Shown here one piece after another: positions 40,698-49,812 of a stretch of 53,314 nucleotides of DNA. Source of the stretch: Clostridium sp. GTDB taxonomy: Bacteria; Bacillota; Clostridia; Clostridiales; Clostridiaceae. How positions within the stretch are numbered: the stretch's first letter is position 1; each line of letters begins with the position of its first letter. The stretch is taken from contig DPOH01000325.1 in the NCBI GenBank assembly GCA_003539755.1, forward strand, positions 1 to 53,314, read 5' to 3'. The position numbers and the translations under genes are program-made. The notes under the pieces were generated by a model, which made no database searches, had not been told where the DNA came from, and was given only the letters and a program-made list of their open reading frames with translations.

Positions 40698-41750
40698 ATG
40701 GAAAAATTGATAGTTGATTTAGGAGAGAGAAGTTATCCTATAATAATAGAAAAAGGCTTATTAGATAAGATAGATATTGAAATAGGAAAAGTGTTTAAAG
40801 GAAAAAAGATTTTTGTTTTAAGTGATAAAAATGTTGCATACCATTATGGAGAAAGAGTTGTAAAATGCTTGGAGAAAGCTGGATATGAAGTTAAACTTAT
40901 GGCTCTTGAACCAGGAGAAGAAACAAAATCAATAAATACACTTCCTTCAATTTATAATGAACTTCTAGATTTTAAAGTTACAAGAAGTGATTTGATTATA
41001 ACTTTAGGTGGAGGAGTTATTGGAGATATAGGAGGATTTGCTGCTTCTACTTTCCTTAGAGGAGTATCTTTTGTACAGATTCCTACATCTATTCTTGCAC
41101 AGGTTGACAGCAGTGTTGGAGGAAAGGTTGCTGTAGATTTGGATAGAGGTAAGAATTTAGTAGGAAGCTTTTATCATCCTAAATTAGTACTTATAGATCC
41201 AGAAGTGCTTCATACTCTAGATGATAGATTTTATAGAGATGGAATGGCAGAAGTAATAAAATACGGATGTATAAAGGATAAAGAATTTTTCTATTTCTTA
41301 AAGAGTTTAAAAACTAAAGATGAAGTTATGCACAACATAGAAAAAATTATACACAATTGTTGCTACATTAAAAAGTGTGTTGTGGAAAAAGATGAAAGAG
41401 ATACTGGAGAAAGAATGCTTTTAAACTTTGGACATACTTTAGGTCATGCTATAGAAGCATATTATGATTTTAAGAAGTTTAGTCATGGTGAAGCTGTAGC
41501 AATAGGAATGTATGAAATAAGCAAAATTTCAGAGAAAAAAGGTATCACAGAAACAGGTACAGCTGATACTATTAAAGAAATTTTAATTCAGTATGGATTA
41601 CCTTATGAAGTAGAAATTAATGAAAAATCAGTTATATTAGATACTATATCTTTAGACAAGAAGAATATAGATAATGTACTTAAAGTAGTGCTTCTTAAAT
41701 CAATAGGTGATTCTTTCTTAGAAAAAACAAGTGTAGACTTTTTTAGATAA
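40698..41750 (+). CDS. aroB: 3-dehydroquinate synthase
   Basis: GGGVIGD, DSSVGGK, LNFGHTLGHA, HGEAV. Confidence 0.96.
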   Translation: MEKLIVDLGERSYPIIIEKGLLDKIDIEIGKVFKGKKIFVLSDKNVAYHYGERVVKCLEKAGYEVKLMALEPGEETKSINTLPSIYNELLDFKVTRSDLIITLGGGVIGDIGGFAASTFLRGVSFVQIPTSILAQVDSSVGGKVAVDLDRGKNLVGSFYHPKLVLIDPEVLHTLDDRFYRDGMAEVIKYGCIKDKEFFYFLKSLKTKDEVMHNIEKIIHNCCYIKKCVVEKDERDTGERMLLNFGHTLGHAIEAYYDFKKFSHGEAVAIGMYEISKISEKKGITETGTADTIKEILIQYGLPYEVEINEKSVILDTISLDKKNIDNVLKVVLLKSIGDSFLEKTSVDFFR

Positions 41751-41767
41751 TTTATGGAGGTGTAAAA

Positions 41768-43075
41768 ATGGGGGATTATAAAGTTTATCCAGCTAAATTA
41801 AATGGTGATATAAAGATACCACCTTCAAAAAGTATGGCACACAGAGCTGTAATATGTGCTTCATTAAGCGATGGAATAAGCAGACTTACTAATATCGATT
41901 ATTCAGATGATATAATTGCAACAATAAAAGCAATGGAATCACTTGGGGCGGTCATAGTAAAGAAGGAAGATTATCTTGAAGTAATAGGAATAAACAGTAA
42001 GGATAATAAAGTAAAATGCAATATAGAAAATGAAAGACTCATAGACTGCAACGAATCAGGATCGACATTGAGATTTTTAGTACCTATTGCAGCGTTGTTT
42101 GATGGGGAAAATAGATTTATTGGAAGAGGAAATCTAGGAAAAAGACCATTAGATACTTATTATAATATTTTTGATGAACAAGGAATAAAGTATAGCTATA
42201 AAGAGGGAATATTAGATTTAAAAACAGAAGGAAAGCTTAAAGCTGGTGAATTTAAAGTTAAAGGTAATATAAGCTCACAATTTATAACTGGACTTTTATT
42301 TACACTTCCATTATTGGATGGAGATTCAAAGATAGTAATAACAACAGAAATGGAGTCTAAGGGATATATTGATTTAACTTTAAGTGCTATAAAGGATTTT
42401 GGTGTTGAAATAATTAATAATGACTATAAAGAATTTATAGTTAAGGGGAATCAGAATTATAAGAGTAGAGACTATAAGGTTGAAGGAGATTATTCTCAAG
42501 CTGCCTTTTTCTTATGTGCAGATGCTTTAGGCAATGAAATTACTGCAAATGATTTAAAGCTTGATTCTCTTCAAGGGGATAAGGAAGTAATAGATATATT
42601 AGAAAGAATAGGCATAAAATTTGAAAGGAAAAATTCTGGTATTATAGGAAAGGCAGATAATGGATTAAAGGCTACAGTAATAGATGGGTCGCAATGTCCT
42701 GATATTATACCAGTAGTATCACTTGTTGCTTCTTTATGTGAAGGGACTACTGAAATAATTAATGCAGAGAGACTTAGAATAAAAGAATGTGATAGGTTAG
42801 TTGCCGTTACAAGTGAGTTAAATAAGCTTGGAGCAAATATTAAAGAAAAACAAGATGGTTTGATAATAAAAGGAGTAAAACACCTTAAAGGTGGAGCTGA
42901 AGTATGGAGTCATAAGGACCATAGAATAGCAATGACACTTGCTATAGCTGCAACTGTGTGTGAAGAACCTGTAGTTATTAAAGATTATGAATGTGTTTCA
43001 AAATCTTATCCAGAGTTTTGGAATGATTACAAAAGCTTAGGAGGTAAATTTAATGAGTGGAATGTGGGGAAATAA
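41768..43075 (+). CDS. aroA: EPSP synthase
   Basis: PPSKSMAHR, ESGSTLRF, SSQF, KECDR, DHRIAM, KSYP. Confidence 0.96.
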   Translation: MGDYKVYPAKLNGDIKIPPSKSMAHRAVICASLSDGISRLTNIDYSDDIIATIKAMESLGAVIVKKEDYLEVIGINSKDNKVKCNIENERLIDCNESGSTLRFLVPIAALFDGENRFIGRGNLGKRPLDTYYNIFDEQGIKYSYKEGILDLKTEGKLKAGEFKVKGNISSQFITGLLFTLPLLDGDSKIVITTEMESKGYIDLTLSAIKDFGVEIINNDYKEFIVKGNQNYKSRDYKVEGDYSQAAFFLCADALGNEITANDLKLDSLQGDKEVIDILERIGIKFERKNSGIIGKADNGLKATVIDGSQCPDIIPVVSLVASLCEGTTEIINAERLRIKECDRLVAVTSELNKLGANIKEKQDGLIIKGVKHLKGGAEVWSHKDHRIAMTLAIAATVCEEPVVIKDYECVSKSYPEFWNDYKSLGGKFNEWNVGK

Positions 43076-44126
43076 ATTTAAAGTATCTATATTTGGTGAA
43101 TCTCATGGTGCAGGAATTGGAATTACAATTGACGGACTTCCATCTGGATTTGAAATAAATATGGAAGAAGTATTAAAGGAAATGGCTAGACGTGCTCCAG
43201 GAAAAAGCAAATTGTCTACTGCAAGAAAAGAAGCAGATATGCCTGAAATTTTAAGTGGATTTTTTGAAGGAAAAACAACTGGTACTCCTCTTTGTGCAAT
43301 TATAAGAAATAGTGATCAGCATTCTAGGGATTATGGAAAGCTTAAAGACCTAATGAGACCAGGCCATGCTGATTATCCAGGATTTATTAAGTATAAGGGA
43401 TTTAATGATTATAGAGGAGGCGGTCATTTTTCAGGAAGAATAACTGCACCTTTAGTATTTGCAGGGGCAGTATGTAAGCAAATACTAGAATCTAAAGGTA
43501 TAAAAATAGGAGCTCACGTAAGTAGTATAGGAAAAGTAAAAGATAAGAGTTTTTTTGATGTGGAATTAACTAATGAACTTTTAGATACAATAAAAGTTAA
43601 TGAATTGCCATTATTGGCAACGGAAAAAGAAGAAGAAATGAGAAATACTATTCTTGAAGCAAGAAAAGATCAAGATTCGGTAGGTGGAACTATTGAATGT
43701 GCTGTACTTGGAATTGATGCAGGAATTGGTGATCCATTCTTTGATTCGGTTGAATCAACATTAGCTCATTTAATGTTTTCGGTGCCAGCTGTAAAAGGAA
43801 TTGAGTTTGGTAAAGGATTTTCTATGAGTGAATATAGAGGATCAGAGTGTAATGATGAATACTATTATGATGGTGATAAAGTAAAGACATATACAAATAA
43901 TAATGGAGGTATAACAGGAGGAATAACAAATGGAATGCCTATATTATTTAAGGTTGGAATTAAGCCAACACCATCTATATCAAAAGTTCAAAAAACAATA
44001 GATATAAGTGAACATAAAAATTCAGAACTTGTTATTGAGGGAAGACATGATCCATGTATAGTTCAAAGAGCAGTACCAGTAATTGAAGCAGTAACAGCTA
44101 TTGGGCTTATGGAATTAATTAAATAA
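43053..44126 (+). CDS. aroC: Chorismate synthase
   Basis: GESHG, RPGHAD, RGGGHFSGR, GRHDPC. Confidence 0.97.
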   Translation: MSGMWGNKFKVSIFGESHGAGIGITIDGLPSGFEINMEEVLKEMARRAPGKSKLSTARKEADMPEILSGFFEGKTTGTPLCAIIRNSDQHSRDYGKLKDLMRPGHADYPGFIKYKGFNDYRGGGHFSGRITAPLVFAGAVCKQILESKGIKIGAHVSSIGKVKDKSFFDVELTNELLDTIKVNELPLLATEKEEEMRNTILEARKDQDSVGGTIECAVLGIDAGIGDPFFDSVESTLAHLMFSVPAVKGIEFGKGFSMSEYRGSECNDEYYYDGDKVKTYTNNNGGITGGITNGMPILFKVGIKPTPSISKVQKTIDISEHKNSELVIEGRHDPCIVQRAVPVIEAVTAIGLMELIK

Positions 44127-44214
44127 TTTAATTATTGAAAAGATATACACCTATAAGGGAGCATTAATTAAGAAAAGAATACTTAATTGTTAGAACAGAA
44201 GGGAGAACATTAGA

Positions 44215-45375
44215 ATGTCAGAGCTTGATGGCTATAGAATGAAGATAGATGAAATCGATAGAGAAATTACTAGACTTTTTGAAGAACGTATGGATGTTGT
44301 TCTGAAAGTAGGAGAATATAAAAAGAAAAATAATCTTCCTGTACTTAATAAAAATAGAGAAGAGCAAGTATTGAAAAAGAATGTGGGATATTTAAAGAAT
44401 AAGGAATATGCAGAAGGTATTAAAGTATTTTTTAATAACCTAATGAATATAGCAAAAGATCTTGAGCATAAAAAAATGGATGAAAAATCGGAAGAAAAAG
44501 ACTTCTATACATTAAAAAATATTAAAAGCCATAGAAGGAATAAATGTAAGGTAGGATTCTTTGGGGTTCCAGGATCATTTACAGAAGAAGCTATGATAAG
44601 CCATTTTGGAGAAAATGCTGATTGTAATTCTTATGATGAATTTGAAGATGTTTTTGTAGCTATAAAAAATGAAGAAATTGATTATGGTGTTGTGCCTATA
44701 GAAAATTCATCAACTGGTGCAATTTCCAAGGTCTATGATTTGCTATATAAATATAATTTTTATATAGTTGGTGAAGAATGTGTAAAAATACAAGAACATC
44801 TTTTAGGAGTGGAAGGAACAACTTTAGAAGATATTAAAGAAGTGTATTCCCATGAGCAGCCATTTAAACAGAGTACAGAATTTTTAAAACAATATAATGA
44901 GTGGAAGCTTATACCTTTCCATAGTACATCTGTAAGTGCAAAGCTTGTAAGTGATTTGAAGGATAAAAGTAAGGCTGCAATAGCTAGCAGAAGATCTGCA
45001 GAAATTTATGGGTTAGATATTATTGAAGAAAATATAAATAACAGAAGTGAAAATACTACAAGGTTTATAGTTGTTTCTAAAGTATTTGAATCTGATGAAA
45101 AGTGTGACAAGATAAGTGTGGTATTTTCAATGGAACATAAAGCAGGAGCACTTTATGAGTTAGTAAGACACCTTGCAGAAAATCATATTAATATGATGAA
45201 GATTGAATCTAGACCTATGCAGACAGGTGTGTGGAAATATTTCTTGTATGTAGATTTTGAGGGAAATGTTTCTGATGAAGCAGTAAAGAAGGCATTGAGT
45301 AAATTAGAAGAAAATAGCTCATATTTTAAACTTCTTGGTGGATATAAGAAAGCTGAAGAAAAAGTTAATGAATAG
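44215..45375 (+). CDS. pheA: Chorismate mutase/prephenate dehydratase
   Basis: AroQ N-terminus RMKIDEID, PIENSSTG, NTTRF, KIESRP (ACT). Confidence 0.94.
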   Translation: MSELDGYRMKIDEIDREITRLFEERMDVVLKVGEYKKKNNLPVLNKNREEQVLKKNVGYLKNKEYAEGIKVFFNNLMNIAKDLEHKKMDEKSEEKDFYTLKNIKSHRRNKCKVGFFGVPGSFTEEAMISHFGENADCNSYDEFEDVFVAIKNEEIDYGVVPIENSSTGAISKVYDLLYKYNFYIVGEECVKIQEHLLGVEGTTLEDIKEVYSHEQPFKQSTEFLKQYNEWKLIPFHSTSVSAKLVSDLKDKSKAAIASRRSAEIYGLDIIEENINNRSENTTRFIVVSKVFESDEKCDKISVVFSMEHKAGALYELVRHLAENHINMMKIESRPMQTGVWKYFLYVDFEGNVSDEAVKKALSKLEENSSYFKLLGGYKKAEEKVNE

Positions 45376-45389
45376 GGGGGGATAGGTAT

Positions 45390-46202
45390 ATGAACTTTTA
45401 TGGAGTTTTAGGTGAAAAATTACCTCATACTATTTCACCAGAAATACATGGGGAAGTATTTTCATTACTTAATATAGATGGAGCATATAAAATTTTTGAA
45501 GTTGATAAGAATGACTTATGTAAGGTTGCAGATTCATTAAGAATTTTAAAGATAAAAGGTACTAATGTTACAATTCCTTACAAACAGGATATAATGAAGT
45601 ATTTAGATGAGATATCAGATGAAGCACAAAAAATAGGAGCAATAAATACAATCTATTTAAAAGATAATAAGCTTTATGGATATAACACAGATTATTATGG
45701 ATTTGGAACAATAATAGAAAAAAATAATGTTGAATTAAAAGATAAATCTGTTATGGTTCTTGGAACTGGTGGAGGTTCAAAGGCTGTTGTTACATATTTA
45801 TTGGATAATGGCGTAAGTAAAATTTATCTTGTATCAAGATCAGAAAGAAAGGAAACTGGTTATGATGATTCAAGAGTTGAGTGTAGGACTTATGAAAATA
45901 TAAAGGAGTTAAGTGGTCATGTTATAGTAAATACTACTCCAGTAGGAATGTATCCTAAAGCAGATGCAAGTCCAGTTGATGAAGAAGTAATAAAAAACTT
46001 CGATGTACTAATTGATATAATTTATAACCCTAGAAAAACAAGATTCTTAGAAATTGGAGAAAATCTTAATAAAAAGATATATGGAGGACTTGAAATGCTT
46101 GTGGGGCAAGCTATAAAGTCTGAGGAAATATGGCAGGAAATGAAGATAGATGATGAAGTTTTCAATAAAGTATATTCAAAGATAGATAATAATTTTAAAT
46201 AA
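45390..46202 (+). CDS. aroE: Shikimate dehydrogenase
   Basis: SPEIH, NVTIPYK, GAINT, NTD, NTTPVGM. Confidence 0.95.
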   Translation: MNFYGVLGEKLPHTISPEIHGEVFSLLNIDGAYKIFEVDKNDLCKVADSLRILKIKGTNVTIPYKQDIMKYLDEISDEAQKIGAINTIYLKDNKLYGYNTDYYGFGTIIEKNNVELKDKSVMVLGTGGGSKAVVTYLLDNGVSKIYLVSRSERKETGYDDSRVECRTYENIKELSGHVIVNTTPVGMYPKADASPVDEEVIKNFDVLIDIIYNPRKTRFLEIGENLNKKIYGGLEMLVGQAIKSEEIWQEMKIDDEVFNKVYSKIDNNFK

Positions 46203-46242
46203 ATATATACCAATTAGTGATTAATGTAATTGGAGGTGTGCT

Positions 46243-46764
46243 ATGAAAAATAAGATTGTTATTATAGGAATGCCAGGATGCGGAAAAACAACTATAAGTA
46301 GAGTACTAGGAAAAGAATTAAACTTAAAAATTTACGATGTTGATGATTATATTAAAGAAAAGACTTCAAAAACTATAGCAGAGTTATTTGAAAAAGGTGA
46401 AGATTATTTTAGAGATATAGAAACTGAATGTTGTATTGAATTGTCTAAAAAAAGTAACATCTTAATTGCAACAGGAGGAGGGGCAGTTAAGAGAAAAGAA
46501 AACATGGAATGTTTTAAAGATGAATCTATAATAATATTTATAGATAGACCAGTAGACAATATACTAAGTGATGTTGATGTATCTAAGCGTCCGCTTCTTA
46601 AAGACGGTAAAGAAAAATTAATTAAGCTATATGAAGAAAGATATCCACTATATAAAGAATATGCGGATGAAATTGTAGTTAATAATTCTAATGTAGAAGA
46701 TGTCATAAATAAAGTAAAAGAAATAGTACATGAGCATATGGGGATGAGTACATGTCAAAAATAG
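46243..46764 (+). CDS. aroK: Shikimate kinase
   Basis: GMPGCGKTT, GEDYFR, ATGGG, RPLL. Confidence 0.95.
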   Translation: MKNKIVIIGMPGCGKTTISRVLGKELNLKIYDVDDYIKEKTSKTIAELFEKGEDYFRDIETECCIELSKKSNILIATGGGAVKRKENMECFKDESIIIFIDRPVDNILSDVDVSKRPLLKDGKEKLIKLYEERYPLYKEYADEIVVNNSNVEDVINKVKEIVHEHMGMSTCQK

Positions 46765-47519
46765 TTCAAGTAAGAAACGTAAAAATAGGAGCAGGAGCTC
46801 CTAAAATTGCAGTATCGCTTATGGGTACTGATGATATAGAATTAGAAACTGAAATAAGTAAATTAAATGATATTAAATTTGATGTAGCAGAGTGGCGTGT
46901 AGATTTTTTTAAAGATGTTGAGGAAATTGAAAGCGTAAAAAAGACTTTATTACATATTAGAAAGTGGTTAAATGATATTCCAATAATATTTACCTTTAGA
47001 AGTAAGAATGAAGGTGGAAATAAGGAGATATCTAGAGAATATTATATTAATTTACTATTAGAAGTAATAGAAACTAAAGAAGCTGATTTAATAGATGTAG
47101 AGCTTTTTACTGGTGATGATGAGGTTAAAAAAATAATAAATACAGCTCATAAAAAAGGTGTTAAAGTGATAATTTCAAATCATGACTTTGAGAAGACACC
47201 TTCTAAAGAAAAAATCATTAAAAGAATTAAAAAAATGATTGATTTAGGTGCAGACATTCCTAAAATAGCATTAATGCCTAAATGCCGAGAAGATGTTTTA
47301 ACACTTTTAAGTGCTACAAGTTATGTAGATGAGAGATATTCAGGCATTCCTATAATAACAATGTCCATGGGAAGTATGGGAATGGTAAGCAGGATAGCTG
47401 GTGAATTATTTGGATCTTCATTAACTTTTGGTGCTGCAGAAAAATCATCTGCACCAGGACAGATTCAAGCAAATGATTTAAGTACTATTTTACAAATAAT
47501 TCATAAGAGTAAAAAGTAA
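46752..47519 (+). CDS. aroD: Type I 3-dehydroquinate dehydratase
   Basis: EWRVD, TFRSKNEGG, SNHDF, PKIA, SAPGQ. Confidence 0.95.
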   Translation: MSKIVQVRNVKIGAGAPKIAVSLMGTDDIELETEISKLNDIKFDVAEWRVDFFKDVEEIESVKKTLLHIRKWLNDIPIIFTFRSKNEGGNKEISREYYINLLLEVIETKEADLIDVELFTGDDEVKKIINTAHKKGVKVIISNHDFEKTPSKEKIIKRIKKMIDLGADIPKIALMPKCREDVLTLLSATSYVDERYSGIPIITMSMGSMGMVSRIAGELFGSSLTFGAAEKSSAPGQIQANDLSTILQIIHKSKK

Positions 47520-47679
47520 TAGCATTTGAAAGAGTATTATAAATAGTTTATATTATAAACTATACATAGATAAGAAAATTTGTGTTAAAAATATATTTAA
47601 GAAAGTTTTTTGTTTAGAAACTATTATATAGTGCAAAATGAAATCTAGAAATCTAGAGATCAGTACGGGAGACAGATGA

Positions 47680-48693
47680 ATGATAATAATTACAAATACA
47701 AAATCTAATAAAGATGATATAGAAAAATTAAAAAATTCACTTGAAGAAAAAGGACTTCATATAAGTATTTCTAGAGGAGACAAGTATGAAGTTTTGGGGA
47801 TTATAGGCGATACTTCACTTGTTAATGTAGAAAAAATATTAGCGTTAGACTTTGTAGAAAAAGTCATGAAAGTAAAAGAACCATTTAAGAAGGCAAATAG
47901 ACTATTTAAGCCTAATGATACTATTGTTAAAGTTGAAAATTCAATAGTTGGCGGAAATCATCTTGGAATTATGGCAGGGCCATGTTCTGTAGAATCTGAA
48001 GAACAGATTATTGAAATAGCAAAGAGAGTTAAAAAGGCTGGTGCAAACTTCTTAAGAGGTGGAGCATTTAAACCAAGAACATCACCTTATAGCTTTCAAG
48101 GACTAGAACTTGAAGGATTAAAGCTTTTAAAAACAGCTAAGGCAGAAACAGGCCTTCCAATAGTAACAGAACTTATGTCTACGGATTATATTGATGATTT
48201 TGTGGAAAATGTTGATGTAATACAAATTGGAGCTAGAAATATGCAAAATTTTGATCTTTTAAAACAGGTAGGAAAGACAAAAAAGCCTGTTCTATTAAAG
48301 AGAGGATTAAGTGCAACTATTGAAGAATGGCTTATGTCAGCAGAATATATAATGGCTGGTGGTAATGATAATGTTATTTTATGCGAAAGAGGTATAAGAA
48401 CATTTGAAACAATCACAAGAAATACATTAGATTTACAAGCAGTTCCGGTAATAAAGAAATTATCACATTTACCTATAATAATTGATCCAAGTCATGCAGG
48501 CGGATATTCGTACTTAGTTGAGCCTATGGCAAAGGCTGCAATTGTATCAGGAGCAGATGGACTTATGATAGAAGTACATAATAATCCAGAAAAAGCATTG
48601 AGTGATGGACAGCAGTCACTTACACCAGATCAATTTGATGTATTAATGAATAAGGTAAAAAAACTTGCAGAGATAGAAGATAAGCATATATAA
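47680..48693 (+). CDS. aroF: DAHP synthase type I-beta (paralog 2)
   Basis: Same catalytic motifs as 39615; divergent N-terminal domain. Confidence 0.95.
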   Translation: MIIITNTKSNKDDIEKLKNSLEEKGLHISISRGDKYEVLGIIGDTSLVNVEKILALDFVEKVMKVKEPFKKANRLFKPNDTIVKVENSIVGGNHLGIMAGPCSVESEEQIIEIAKRVKKAGANFLRGGAFKPRTSPYSFQGLELEGLKLLKTAKAETGLPIVTELMSTDYIDDFVENVDVIQIGARNMQNFDLLKQVGKTKKPVLLKRGLSATIEEWLMSAEYIMAGGNDNVILCERGIRTFETITRNTLDLQAVPVIKKLSHLPIIIDPSHAGGYSYLVEPMAKAAIVSGADGLMIEVHNNPEKALSDGQQSLTPDQFDVLMNKVKKLAEIEDKHI

Positions 48694-48725
48694 GAAAAAC
48701 AATAAATAAAATGGGGGTTATAAAA

Positions 48726-49559
48726 ATGAATATTGTAGTTGTGGGACTTGGAGTAATAGGTGGTTCATTTACTATGGCACTAAAAAATGCAGGCTTTAAA
48801 GATGTATATGGCATAGATATAAATGAACAATCTTTAAGAAAAGCAGAAAATTTAGGTCTTATAAAAGAGGGGTTTACAGATGGAAGTAAGATTCTAAAAA
48901 GTGCAGATTTAATTATAATATCTTTATATCCAAGATTAGTGAAAAGATTTATAGAAGATAACAAAGAAAACTTCAAAGATGGAGCAGTAATAACTGATGC
49001 TACAGGAATAAAGAAGATGTTTATTGAGGATGTATTAAAAATACTTCCACATAACATAGATTTTGTTTTTGGACATCCTATGGCAGGAAGAGAAAAAAAA
49101 GGAATAGATTTTGCAAGTGCAGAAGTGTTCCAAGGAGCAAATTATATATTAACTCCTGTAGATAGAAATCACCCAGAAAACTTAGATATGATAGAAAAGC
49201 TTGTTAAGAAATTAGGATTTAAGAGGGTTCGAAGAATTACACCAGAATTCCATGATGAAATGATAGGATATACAAGCCAGCTTCCACATACAATAGCAGT
49301 AGCACTTATGAATAGTGATATTGAAGGACGTGAAACAGGAAGCTTCATAGGGGATAGCTATAGAGATTTAACAAGAATAGCAAATATAAATGAAGATTTA
49401 TGGAGCGAGCTTTTCTTGGGAAATAAATATAATTTATTAACGTCTATAAAGAACTTTGAAGATGAACTTGATAAGATAAAAAATGCTATTAATAATGATG
49501 ATAAAGATGAATTGAAAAAACTATTTATTAAATCTACTAAAAGGCGTGAAAATTTATAA
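48726..49559 (+). CDS. tyrA: Prephenate dehydrogenase
   Basis: GLGVIGGS, HPMAGRE, HDEM..YTSQLPH, RDLTRIA; ATG follows GGGGG RBS. Confidence 0.93.
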   Translation: MNIVVVGLGVIGGSFTMALKNAGFKDVYGIDINEQSLRKAENLGLIKEGFTDGSKILKSADLIIISLYPRLVKRFIEDNKENFKDGAVITDATGIKKMFIEDVLKILPHNIDFVFGHPMAGREKKGIDFASAEVFQGANYILTPVDRNHPENLDMIEKLVKKLGFKRVRRITPEFHDEMIGYTSQLPHTIAVALMNSDIEGRETGSFIGDSYRDLTRIANINEDLWSELFLGNKYNLLTSIKNFEDELDKIKNAINNDDKDELKKLFIKSTKRRENL

Positions 49560-49645
49560 TTTTATTTTGTAGTTTTATTAGAAATAATAGTAGCAATAGT
49601 ATCATCATTTGTAGTTTAAAGAAAGTATATAATATTGTATTTAAG

Positions 49646-49680
49646 AAGGCAGTAGGTAATTTTATTCTATTGTCTTTTTT
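49646..49680 (+). terminator. Terminator of the aro cluster
   Basis: AAGGCAGTAG...CTATTGTCTTTTTT. Confidence 0.65.
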
Positions 49681-49812
49681 ATATGCAAAAATTATGTTAA
49701 GAAAACAAATTTACATATTCATAGAATGAGGTCTTGATAAATATATATTTATGGAATAATATAGAAATTAATGATTACCTTTACATAAATTTAGAAATCA
49801 GGAGTGTGGGTT

